Shown: positions 24,497 through 36,331 of the stretch, one piece after another
Numbering within the stretch: position 1 is the stretch's first letter
How the letters are laid out: each line of letters starts with the position of its first letter
DNA from: Basidiobolus meristosporus CBS 931.73
Lineage: Eukaryota; Fungi; Basidiobolomycota
Reading direction: 5' to 3'
NCBI GenBank assembly: GCA_002104905.1
Contig: MCFE01000461.1
Span: 1 to 64,000 of the forward strand
DNA: 64,000 nucleotides
Position numbers and translations under genes: made by a program
The notes under the pieces: generated by a model
The model's database searches: none
Told to the model about the DNA's origin: nothing
What the model saw: only the letters and a program-made list of their open reading frames with translations

Positions 24497-27260
24497 ATGG
24501 ACAAGACTACTTTGACTCAATACTGTAAGAGAAGACAAAAAAGCCCATGTGGCTATTGTGGCAAGCCTCTCAGCCATAAAGCATGCAGACAGCATCAAAG
24601 TATTACAAGGATCATGGCCAGTGTTCTGCCACCCAAGTCATATTTGACCATTCATTGGTTACTACTGTACCAACATGAACTTGCCTGCCAGTTGATACTT
24701 CCATATTGGCCCCTGGCTGTCTTTGTCACCTTGTGCAAACTGAGTCAGATGAGTTTGTGGTGCCTTTGGGCTCACCTCAGCCTTCTGAATATGGCATGCA
24801 GAGTGATAGCTCTGACAAAGAAGGTTCACTGATTGATTTTGAGCCTATCTCCCCTAGCAACAGTACCACATATGAGCCTTGTCAAATTCCTATATGCAAT
24901 GAGTCAACACCTGTTGAAACAAATGCCAAGGATACTTTATGGCACTAAGTGAGCCCAGTAATCCAACTACTGGTGAATGATGTAATGTTGTGGCTAGAGA
25001 AGTGGTGCATTTCCACTAATAACAGTAATGGGGGCTTTGAGGATTTATTACTACTTCTTGCCAAAATCATACCAGGATGCAACTTACCATATACATGGTA
25101 CAAGTGGACAACCATCATTTGGCTGGCAACATATGATCCTAAGACTGTCCTAATTTCAGAATGTGTTAACAGTTGCGTGACATTCACATCCAAAAATGCT
25201 ACCATTGCAACATGTCCAAATTGTCAGGAATCCACTACCATTGAGGGAAAAAATTGTTCACACTCTGGATATATTCTGGTCTTACCCCATCTGAGGAAGC
25301 TGATGCAGTCAGACAAATATTGCAAAGCTATACAGTACTGCACTCAGTATTAATCAAGCACAAACATATCCAATATATTTGATGGCAAACATTACAAACA
25401 GCTTAGAAGCCAGGGCTACTTTGAAGGTATGTATGATCATGCCTTTGCTTTAGCACTTGATGGATTCTCATTAAACAAGTACTCTATCAGCAAATCCTGC
25501 TGGCCACTGATTCTCATCAATCTGAATCTGCTGCCCATCTTACAGTATCAGAGCAACAATCTGATGGTAGTCTCACTGGTATCTTGGCCTAAATCACCAT
25601 CCAACCTGGATAGCTACCTGTATGCATTGCTGGATGAATCTTGTATGCTTTCCAGCAGGATAACAGTAAATGGCCACCATGTAAAAGTGCATATTATTAT
25701 CTGCATTGAAAATACCCCAGCCATCAGCAAGATAGCAGGTTTTTCCAGGCACAATTGATGGTATTGCTGTCAAATGTGTGAGATCCAGGGGATTTACTCC
25801 TTAACTCACACATATTATTATTACCCAAACACCAGCACTAAGAACATCATCTTCCAACAGAGAGAACCTACAGAAGTAAGCATGCAATTGCAGCAAAGTT
25901 GGCAAGCTATTAGTCATATGCCAGAATATGGAATCAACTGGAAACCGGAGATACTTAAGATAGAGGGTATCTGTTGGAGCAAAAGCTTTCCACTGGGAGC
26001 AATGCATTTGCTCTTCAACAATATCCCTATACTGATGACCAAGTTATACATGGGGCATTTCAAGCTAAATGAGCCTGTTAAGATACCGGAGAAATTTGAA
26101 AGAATTGGCAAGATATTATAGAGTATCTGCTACCCTAAGTACTTCTCACAAGCTCTAATTAATATTCATACGCATTTGCAACAATACAAATGCAAAGACT
26201 GGATGAACTGGATATGTATTCATTCAAGTGGTGTTCTGAAGCCATTTCTACCAGGAGTACATTGAAAGCATTGGGAATTATATGTGGACATTGTAGGAAT
26301 ATTTATCCAGAAGCGGATCACCAATGCCAACTTGATTCATCTACAGCTGTTGTGTGAGGAGTTTGTTACAGGATTTGAGCGGCTAAACTACAAACATAAA
26401 GCTGAATGTGTAGATCTCTGCCGCTACTGTGTCCATTCTCTACTCCATCTTGCATGATGTGTGGATAATATTGGGCCTTGCTTCACCTTTTGGGAGTTTC
26501 CTATGGAGCAGGTGTGTGGGGAGATAGGAAGACAAGTCAAGTTGCATGTACTACCATATCCCAATCTCATCAAGAATATTACCTTCAAGTCCGTCATGGA
26601 TGTGATGAGTTGGTACATGGAGGACAGCCAGAAAGAGTTGGAATATATTGAGGACAAATGTGCACCTGGAGACACCTATGCCTATGGCATTAAAAAGCTA
26701 AGCAGCCCCAATGCATGGGTAATCAGTTAAGTAATGCAAAGTTGGGTTGGGTGCAACAAGCAACTAGTTTTTATCAGGAAAACTCTACCATGATATGCTG
26801 GATTTCCCATGGTCACAAGCCAACTTCTACACCATTTGATACAGAATTCACACAAACAAAAGCCGGAGCGCACCTATAAGGGGGACTAAAATCTAGCAGG
26901 GAGAAGGAACATATTGGCTAAATACCAAGAAGTTCTTTGCAGATATTCAGGAGGTATTCATGGCAGAAGTGGCAACAACCAAGCATATGTTTGCAAGATG
27001 TACATGTTACCAGCAGTACAAGGTATATGGCAACTTTGCAAGTATCACACTAAAAAGCTGCAAAGTGGAGGTGATAGCAGTATGTCAATTGCTGCAGGTG
27101 TGCACATTTGTAGAGGTTAGTAGGCAAGAGGCCATAGTTTTTTTGATTCAAACTATATGTGGAATACCCAAGGTAGTATTGGGTAAGCAAATAAATGGGG
27201 GTGATTCTACAGTGGAATATATGAATTGCACAAGGGGAGGCAGAAAAAGGAAATGCTAGT
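24497..27260 (+). pseudogene. CACTA/EnSpm (CMC superfamily) transposase, frameshifted and with stops
   Basis: ECVNSCVTF...TCPNCQ Cys cluster; LALDGF...SCWPLILINLNL...PKSPSNLDSYL (Transposase_21-like); ENTPAISKIAGFSRHN*WYCCQMC; GPCFTFWEFPMEQVCG (cf. GP...W.FP.ER..G). Confidence 0.9.
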
Positions 27261-27649
27261 TGGTAAATTGTATGGTAGCATTATACAGAACCAGCAGTAA
27301 GCTGTCATACTGCTGACATAATGCCATCAGAGTCTGGCTGTGAGGCCATTGAAATACCATCAGGTTTCTTGCCATATAAGGCAGTTGGTTGTCCTGGCCA
27401 ACTGGATCCATTTAAAATAGGTATAGAGTGCTGAAAGACTGCAGCAATACCATGCAAATATTGTCAAGTTTTATCCCTTTATTTGGCTGTAAAATTAGCA
27501 ATATACCATGATGATCTTGTCATAAGATTGTTAGGAGGGTCACTAATTCCGAGCTGCTTTTATTAAGACGGTCTCTAGATGGGATCTTGATAGATGATCT
27601 AGATTAGATCCACCTGCGGGACCAAATTATTTTTCATAGGGCAACAGGT

Positions 27650-29400
27650 GCAGCAAAAGGTTGCTGCACTTTTTCAAAAGCAGTGCTCATGAGTACATAC
27701 TTGAATATCGCAAAGATTCATTGCTACAACTGGCAGACAAGGTGCTGGACCTTTCAGTGCTGGCCAGATACCAGGAAATATGGGAACCAGTGAGTGAACA
27801 GTGGCATAAAGCCATGGTGTTCCCATCAAAGTCATCAAAAAGGGAATATTGGCAGAAGTACTTATCAAATGCTGATATTAATAGAGTTACTTGTTGAGTG
27901 TGAGATTAGTCTTGATGTTGATGCTGGGTCTAGGGACTTATATTGCTCTGTACAGTTTGAAATTGAATTACAACTGAAAATTGAAAGGAAATAAGCAAAT
28001 TTGTATGCATGAAAAGTTAGAGCATTATTAGGATAAGGAAGTAAGAAGTGTGAGAAGGAGGCAATAGCCAATTAACTTATACAAGTGTAGGAGGTGATTG
28101 AGTTTCAGGTATCCAAAACTGAGAGAATTGGCAGAGAACTAATCACAAGCTACTTATATATTGTTGTGATTAAAAATTTTGGCCAAGTTTTTTGTGAAAT
28201 CTGGGGGGCAATTTTTTTCTAAACAGATTTTGTATGGTGTCCTAATGGCAACAATACCTCTTAGTCACAGGATTCAAATTCTCCAATGGCCTTTTCATGG
28301 GAACATCACAATTATTTTTCATATGGAGCACTCAGTCAAAGTGGCAGTGAAACACTTGGCAGTGATTGATGTAGAGGTAAAGAGAAAAAAGTCTACCAAA
28401 GCCAGAGACAGGTAAACTTGTGTAAAGAGCTGCACCTCTCACCAATTAATGCCATTAGGCCAGGATAGGCTGAATACCATAATAACCTAGAAGACTTACC
28501 AACAAGAAAATAGATGCTTTCTCAAGAGCTAGAAGTGCAGTCAGTTGAGCTACACTCCTGTGTGGTAGATCAGCTTGCAGAGTAAGGTAATATTTCTACC
28601 ACTGCCTCCACATTATCCATTTTAGGCAGAATGGGGATTCTACTGGCAGACAAAGCAACAATGTTAAGAACTCAAAAGACTGAAACAACGCCTACAGGGG
28701 AACTTTGAATATCAATTGGCACATCAAGAGGTTGTAGCACTTTTTCAAGAGTAGTGCTCAAGAAAACATGCGTGATTTTTGAAAGGATTTATTTTACAGA
28801 CTGGCAGATAAGGAGCTAGACCTTGCAGTGCTGGCCAAATACCAGGACATATGGGAACCAGTGAATGAACAGTGGCATAAAGCTATATGACTCCTGCCAA
28901 AGTCATGGAAAAACAGTGTTACAGCATAAATACATATGGAATGGTGGACATTAATGGATTTATTTGTTGAGTGTGGGGTTGGGCTTAATGTTACTGTTGG
29001 GTATAGGGACTTGTTAAGGTCAGTGCACTTGGCATTCTGTTAGAAATAAAGATTTAACAGAAGTAAACCATGTATATGCATGAAAAGTACAAAAATTTAT
29101 TGAGTCAGGAAGTAAGGAGTGTGAGAAAGAGACAATAGCCAATTAATGTATGCAAATGTAGGAGGTGATTCCATGTGTGGTAGCAGAAGGTGAGAGAATT
29201 GTTTGAGAACCAATCAAAAACTGCTTCTGTATTGTTGCAATGAAAAAATATGACTAAGTTTGTGTGAAATCCAGGGTGCAATTATTTTTTATGGTCTTTG
29301 CAAAGTGTCCTGATTGGATCAATACCTCTTAGTCAAATGATTTTAACTCTATGATGGCCTTTTGACTGGATCATCATAATCTTTCCTCATATGGTATGCT
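27650..29400 (+). repeat. Two tandem fragments of the accessory gene 3' half and flank
   Basis: LHFFKSSAHEYILEYRKDSLLQLADKVLD at 27661 and a similar block at ~28720-28920 match HFFKSSAQENALEYCKDFLQRLADEELD at 20867-21124. Confidence 0.78.
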
Positions 29401-29419
29401 CATTTACAATATCTCAATA

Positions 29420-29760
29420 CTAATGACCAAGATATACACAGGGCATTTCTAATCAAGTGAGTCCTTAGAGATGCTGGAGAAACTTGAAAGAATTGGCAAG
29501 TTCAGGTGATAGAAGTGTGTCAATTGCAGCAGGTGGGCACATGTGTACAGGTTAGTTAGTGGGGGCTATAATTTTTTACTATTTAGACTATGTGTGGAAT
29601 ACTCATGGCAGTAGTGGGTGAGGAAATACATAGGTGTAGTTCTAGAGTGGAGTATTTGAATGGTACAAGGGGAGGCACAGAAATGATATACTTTTTGTAA
29701 GTTGTTAGGGTAGCATTCCCTAAGAGAAGAAATAAGAATAGGCCAGCAGAATACTATCTT
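29420..29760 (+). pseudogene. Internally deleted CACTA transposase fragment
   Basis: gagaaacttgaaagaattggcaag matches ~26090-26112, then jumps to gtcaattgcagcaggtg...acaaggggaggca matching ~27085-27242. Confidence 0.75.
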
Positions 29761-30102
29761 AATATCATTTGAAATATAAAGTTTTTCAAATATGGCAGCT
29801 CTAAATATCTCAGGTGCTGGTTGTTGGGCATACCAGCTAATATACTTTCCTGGAGTAGACTAGGCCAATTTGCAATCAGATCAAATGCAATAATTAGCTA
29901 ATTGCCACTTCTGCCAAAAATTGCAATTGAAAATCTGAGGAAAAAGCACAAGCTGAAAACCAGCCAAATACTGTACAAATGCCAGCTGAAAATCAGATAA
30001 ATTCCAAGTTTGAGATTTTTCATAGTGATTATACATGACTAGCTGTAGACTGCCATACTGCCGTAATAACCCCAACAGATGACAGTTTTGAGGCCTTCAA
30101 AG

Positions 30103-30450
30103 TGTTGTAAAATTTGTAATTCCACCTATATATTACACCTAGCAAAGTCACTTGGACTATTACCTAGAAATCTTGGAGAATATTGACCAAATTCCTTGTT
30201 GGGATGTACTTTGATTATTTTCACCAAAATATAAGGTACCCATAGCATGAAAATCCTCAGAATTGTCTAAACAGCTCCAAACTTTGCATATATGTTCTTG
30301 AGACCTTCCTAAGCCTATTTTACATTTTTGCTATGCCAAGAGCATGTAAAAGTATAAATACTACTTTTACATTCAGTAAATCATTTAGTGTAGAACACAT
30401 AATATACTTGTTCTCCCAATTACTTCCAATATTTCCAAGACTCTACAGCA
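30103..30450 (+). repeat. Solo LTR-C (348 bp) with perfect TSD
   Basis: TGTTGTAA...TACAGCA; TSD CAAAG at 30098-30102 and 30451-30455. Confidence 0.93.
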
Positions 30451-30739
30451 CAAAGCACCTTCAAGTCTCTTACCATATGAGGCAATTACATATAGTAGTT
30501 GGTTATGTCTGCTCAGATAAATGTAGACCACATAAAGACTTTCTTAATGCAATACAATCTCAGCAATAAGTCAGCTAAAAAACTATCAAGTTTATAACTT
30601 TATTTTGCAATAAATTTGGCAAAACACCAACACAGTACTGTCACAAGATCATAAAGAGGATTAAGAATTCCAAGCTACTGGCATTATAATGGCCTCATTG
30701 CATGATCCTGGCAATGGATCATGATCACTGGATTGAGTT

Positions 30740-31000
30740 AGCTCAAAGGGTACCAGATGGGAGAAAGCCAATATGGTGTAGATGTGTCTACAAGTACAGG
30801 ACAGCCTCAAGTGGTAATATGATAAGTGAAAGCCCAGGTTGAAGGCTAAAGGCTATTTGCAGAAGCAAGAACTAGGCTTTAAGGAAACATTTGCTTTGCT
30901 AGCCAACTTTCTCTATTGAACTGTTTTGCCCTGGCATCTGCACACCATATAGATCTACACTAAAAGGATGTAACGCAGCCTTCTTAAGTGGGGATCTTAG
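30740..31000 (+). pseudogene. Copia reverse transcriptase remnant
   Basis: Frameshifted reading VPDGRKPIWCRCVYKY...KGYLQKQELGFKETFA...LALASAHHIDLH*KDV..AFLSGDL resembles Copia RT motifs. Confidence 0.7.
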
Positions 31001-31886
31001 CTCATTATGGGTCTATTTGGTACCATCTAAGTTCTCATAATCTAGTGACTCTTTGGTCATTTTAATTGGGCATTTGCTATTTCAAAGTTTCTGCTAGTGG
31101 CACTGAATACAATGCTTCCTTCACCTTGAGCTTAGCCAGCACCAAATAAAAGTAGATATATGGCACTAACCACCACCTTAGTATGAATCTGATGCTAAAT
31201 TTTTGATAATATTTAGGTAACGCTAAATGGCCTTGATTCATCACACAATGTCATCATACCATTGACAAATGAATTGATCTACCTAAGCAGCACTCTGGAT
31301 ACTCATCCAAGCTTTGAATTATTGCTGATGTGTATTATCTTTTGGTTCAAATCGCAACATGAAAGGATTTAAAGCAGCCTAAAAGACTCTTTGCTTTTCA
31401 CGCATTTTTCTACAGCATCTACTAGTTTGATTGCCAAATAATTTATGAGAGTTAGGAACCATGGAAAGCTTGCAGCACAATGTACCTTGCGGGAATTAGG
31501 TATTATTGATAAAGACTCTACAACGAAGGGTCTGAAAGCAAACATAGTGGTGGTACATATGTGTCAGCATGAAATTAAAAGTAATATGCCATACATAGTC
31601 AGTTAATCCAAGGAATATCGAATTCAAAGCAAATCTACATTATTCATCTACAGGTCAAGGGAAACCAGTATTTGCATATATGCATAAAAATGAATATGGC
31701 TATTAATTTAGTTGTGTATAGCTTTCTTTACGGTCGAGATCTGATTGATCAAGCGGTAAAAGTCAGGTTTTCATGACTTACCTATTGGTTACAACCGAAT
31801 GTCGATGCATACATACAACACATCGTTACAAAACAACGTTCTGAAATTATTTCATCCTATTCCAGACTTAGACTAATTAGCTTACT

Positions 31887-34800
31887 ATGAAGCAAGAGGA
31901 TCGAGAGAGTTTTCAAAAAGAATTATTAAAGCATTCGAGAGCCTTGAAGCTCCCTAAAGGAGGTAAAGTCGTTTTGACTAGATTTAGATTCTACTATTAA
32001 CTTTCATACTAGATATTGACGAAAAATGGTTCGAGCGAACCGTTTTCGAGTTCGGCTATTTTGAAGTGGTAAATTCCTTCTCGAGCTGCTTTGAGTCTTT
32101 ATACAGTGAGGCGAAACAGCTGGCATTATACGAGCGATACGTAGCGGACTTTTTGTTTATGATGGATCTGTCCAAATTCGAAGTATCTGCAGATCGCTTC
32201 ATCATAGCCACAGGTAGGGTCTCTATTTTCCTTGATGATGAATAGCTTTGTACTAATTACTCAGTGGAAAACACCTGTGACCGAGCCAATACATATTACC
32301 TGGAAGCCCCTATCGCTATAGAGTGGAAACGCTCCACTCGTACCTTCCAGAATTTGCATACCTCAGTATGTCAGAGTATGACGGTAACAGACCCAATTTT
32401 GCAGTTAAATCAACGATTCAAGTGTATTCCGTATGGTGTCTCCATCACGATTGACTTAAATTTCCTTACTAATTTCTTCGATAGCCAAAGGGATATATTC
32501 AAGTTTTCAACGGACTGTATTCGCTCTTACGTTCCCAGACACTGGAGTAGGATTCTTGACAAGAACTTTAACTTTTCAGACTCCTACTTCCATAAAATTA
32601 CGCATGATGAGGTAAATATCTTTGATAGAAGCCCTCAAATTTTTTAATTTAACCATACTTTCAGCTTCAAATACCAGCTTTGCGATGCTTCAACGTAAAC
32701 AATGCCCCATCTAAACTCATGGAAGGGTTGACAAGAATTATGAGTACTGCAGCGCTATATGATGTTCAGTGGCATAATCTAGAAGGAATGAGCTTAGAGC
32801 ATAAGAAAAAGCCTTATAATTTGGTTGACTCATTCAAGTATTGTATAAATCCCGAGCCAAAGAGTGATAAGGGCTCCAATTGGGAGCAAATAGGTATGCT
32901 ACACCTTGTCTATTAAGTAGTACGCCAGTGATATTGAATCGTTGCATAGATATACCGATTCTGCCATTGTTACAGTATTCTGAAAATATTACAAAGTTCT
33001 GCCCCGAGTACAGGTACTTGCCGTCGAACGACTCAGCATGGAGATCTTGACTAAGTCGTTATTAGGATACTTCATGTAGGCAGCTCACAACAGCTTGAAG
33101 GAATAGACGAAACCCAAATGTGCTACCAGCCAAGAATTAAATCAGCATTGGAGTCTTCTGAAATTTTGTTTATGAAAATGAAGTTTACAGAAAATAAGAA
33201 ATTCAAGGGTAAACTCTAAAGTGCTAAGTGACTCACAGAGGAGCTCAAAATTGACAGAAATTTCATATTTTAGCTCCCTATCTTTCCGTTGATACCGGGC
33301 TAGTTGACACTCTCTGGGTGTTTGTTACATATGTCAACCAATATGTCAAACCATTCAGAGATATCAAATCTACAGAGCTCTCCTTACGCTGGAATCCAAT
33401 GCCAGACAATTTCTTCTCTATCGCTGCCTTGCATGAAGCACTATGGATCAAATTGGGCAAGGAAATTGACATATTTGATCGGAAGACTATTAGAAATGCT
33501 ACGTCACTTTCCAGCCAAATAGAAGCGGCCCGCTGTGATGATTTGAACTTTATTTCGAGTCATGGCAGTGGTTTCCTTTCTATGCCGAATCCGAATATTG
33601 CTCTGAGTGTTTTAAATTCAACCACAGCTGATGATAAGAGCCAGACTGAGGTCGAAAAAGCCAACACGTTTGTTTTTATGGATGTGGATATTGACAAGCC
33701 CCAAGGGAAATCATCATTATCAAGTTCGGAATCAGAGTCTTGTAGGTACAAATTCTATAGTTTATACTTCTTTATCTAATTCGGGCCATTAGTGGTCCAA
33801 AGAGAGCCACAACCAACGACTGAATATATTGATCAACTATTACACCTGCGCAAAAAAATAGGTAACTTTTTGATTTGCTGTCACCCAAATGAATATTAAG
33901 TTTAGGACTTTGAAGTTTCCACCAGTGGCAAGAGTCGCAGCTTGAATGAAAACCCAGCCATTAATAATAGTATAGGTTTTTGATACGGTTCAATTAGTTT
34001 TAAATCACTAACTTTACTGCCATTAGTCTTAGTCAATCGTCAAATAGAAAATATCCCTCAACAGCGTCATAGTATTTGGGAAGATTTTGAGATAAATTCT
34101 CAAATCTATAAATACATCTCTGATATAAAAATAATGTACAATCACGAGGTCGTGAAGTATTTGACGACCGAATGTAAAATAGAACTCCTGGAGAGAGACC
34201 TAGGAAGTCTTATGGTTGGTGTCAATTCTAATTTATGCTCGCTGATCTAATCTATGTTTGGTAGTTGCCAAGTGAATCGGTAGAAGTGCCCTCACCATAT
34301 TTTGAGGTGGATCTGATTCTGGATGAAGTAACCGCAATAGTGTACTACCCACTGATCAAATTGTCTCAAAAGAGCACTCAGGCGACAGGAGAAACGAGCA
34401 AAGCAATTACCATGTTTACACAAGCACTTATCAGTATGCGACACAAATACGAAAATGTATGGATCATATTAGAAGGATACGTCAAAACCAAGCACTCGTA
34501 TAATGACTAGTACGTGCCTACTGGTATAGCAAACAATTGGTTTTCTTAACCTTTATCCAAGCCTAGGGTTCGATCCCTTCGCACCTTACATACAAGAAGC
34601 AGTCACTGAGCTTCATGCCTTTGCCGCCTGCGCCCAGATCGCAATAGATGTCAATATTCAAATAGTGTATTCGTTTTCACCCCAAGATTCCGCTCGACTT
34701 GCACGCACGATAGGTGATATAACTCTAGCTAATGTTCCTCCATCGAAACCTAGCAGAAAACACCAGGTCTCCGATGGATGGCAGCTTAAAGAAGGTTGGC

Positions 34801-35156
34801 TATCTAGAGAATGGCTGTTTGAAGAGGAAAGCACGGTAAACTCAATTATCATCGTTCCATAAACCAGCAGAGCAAAATAGTAATAGATGAATGTTCTAGC
34901 ATGAGCGATTTCTCTCTAGTTTCATAGCGTTTAATAGATTTAGTACCCAAGCTACGTTAACTGTGACATCGCTTAGAAAGCTAGTTGATTTGAGTGTAGA
35001 GGAATTGGAGGCTCTACTTGAAGGATGGGTTTCAAAGCCACAACTGGTTTGTATTAATATGAAATATTATCAATGTTTGGTTACTAACTTTACATCAAGA
35101 CACTATTTTATCGCCATATTCACACTCCTTTGCAGGATAGTAATTTTGACACGTGA
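31887..35156 (+). CDS. SHOC1: SHOC1/Zip2-like meiotic XPF-domain (ZMM) protein, multi-exon; true start may lie upstream
   Basis: Exons join across GT-AG introns in frame (e.g. LKLPKG|DIDEKW, FIIAT|VENTC, ITHDE|LQIPAL). XPF-like block EVDLILDEVTAIVYY...HKYENVWIILEGY. C-terminal WLSREWLFEEEST|HERFLSSFIAFNRFSTQATLTVTSLRKLVDLSVEELEALL resembles the recalled SHOC1 HhH region. Stop TGA at 35154-35156. Some middle exons were not traced. Confidence 0.7.
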
Positions 35157-35258
35157 TTACTAATCATACGCATTGTTAATATCAATTTTGTGAGGATACA
35201 TAAAAAACTTGAGGTTTAAAACAATTGTGAAGCGAACTTCAGTAAACAAGCCTGACAA

Positions 35259-35807
35259 TTAGGTTTCGCTGGGAGAGGCAACCAGCAAAGGAAAATCACT
35301 TATGGACATCTCACCCAGACACACCACCCAGTCTTCACTGATTGAGTCTCCTTTGAGTAGATTTGGAAAATACTTTTCTACGTGCTGGTGAGATTCTTCG
35401 CCAACTTTCAGTTTAATGGTATGAAAGTGCAGGGCACTGTGAGGCATCTCAGTGGCAAGTCTACGCTGAAATATCACATCATCGTAATCTGTAGTGAGTT
35501 CTACAGCATCTCCCACACCCAATGGCCGGAAAACATTTCTCAATGTTTCTTCCGTACTCTGTTCATAATCTAGCATGGCAATGTCATAAAATAAGGAAGG
35601 TTGATCGGAGCTGAAGCAGCAACGATGGATTGTGGGTGGGTCGACTGCTCTGGTTCCTTTTAGGCCATACACTTTTCTTGTGCCAAACGAGGTTTCCGGA
35701 ATGAAATGCCCATAAAACCAACCACTAATGTTTGCTTCAACTCCGCCACTGGCGCACTCGACTATTTCGGAGGGAAAGCAAATATGAGCATAACCAGTTA
35801 TTTTCAT
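35259..35807 (-). CDS. Hypothetical protein, 182 aa, single exon
   Basis: Uninterrupted 182-codon ORF with protein-like composition between SHOC1 and nudE; no family recognised. Confidence 0.65.
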   Translation of the reverse strand: MKITGYAHICFPSEIVECASGGVEANISGWFYGHFIPETSFGTRKVYGLKGTRAVDPPTIHRCCFSSDQPSLFYDIAMLDYEQSTEETLRNVFRPLGVGDAVELTTDYDDVIFQRRLATEMPHSALHFHTIKLKVGEESHQHVEKYFPNLLKGDSISEDWVVCLGEMSISDFPLLVASPSET

Positions 35808-36331
35808 TACGGAGAAGAGATGGGGTGAACATCAAACTGTGGACGAGCAAAATAGTGATTACCATGTTTATTTCATCACGTTTTTGAATCGTCCAATAGG
35901 ATGGTCGATACTAGCGACTAACAAACTCCTCTCATCAGTGGGGGAGATCAGGCATTAATATACTTGTACTACCTGAATTAGAGTGGATTCGGTACCATGA
36001 CAACCTCTCCAGGTCCGACGCCGCCAAGGCATAATCACATCCCTGCTTTCCTCAGAATATTGACAGTAACACCTGTGTTTAATGTTGCACTCTTGGCACC
36101 GTAGAAATGATGATGGCAGTTGAGTCGAGGGGTGAGTACACCCCTAGGTGAACGATCGATATTTCGACGAGTGGTTTTAGGATTTATATGCTTGGATAAG
36201 TATTAGCTCAGGAGCGAGTCATGGATAATGGACAGGTTGTTGATGAGGACGAACTCGAGTAATTCAATGCCTCTGAGGATGCGAGAACATTTTCCTATTC
36301 GAGAAAGGATAGAATGATAGTGGTATATAGT

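Noticed and set aside
20400-30700. CACTA terminal inverted repeats and TSD
   Set aside because: No convincing CACT(A/G) terminal pair was found by eye, so the element ends are not called.
1-31300. Neurospora-type RIP (CpA to TpA) as the cause of TE decay
   Set aside because: CpA/TpG remain abundant. A by-eye comparison of the first ~225 bp of the two Copia LTRs gave about 11 transitions spread over CpA, CpT, CpC and CpG contexts plus about 7 transversions. This fits CpG loss plus age better than classical RIP.
35259-35807. 182-aa ORF as Spo16, the Zip2 partner of similar size
   Set aside because: Size and adjacency are suggestive, but I see no similarity to recalled Spo16/ERCC1-like sequences.
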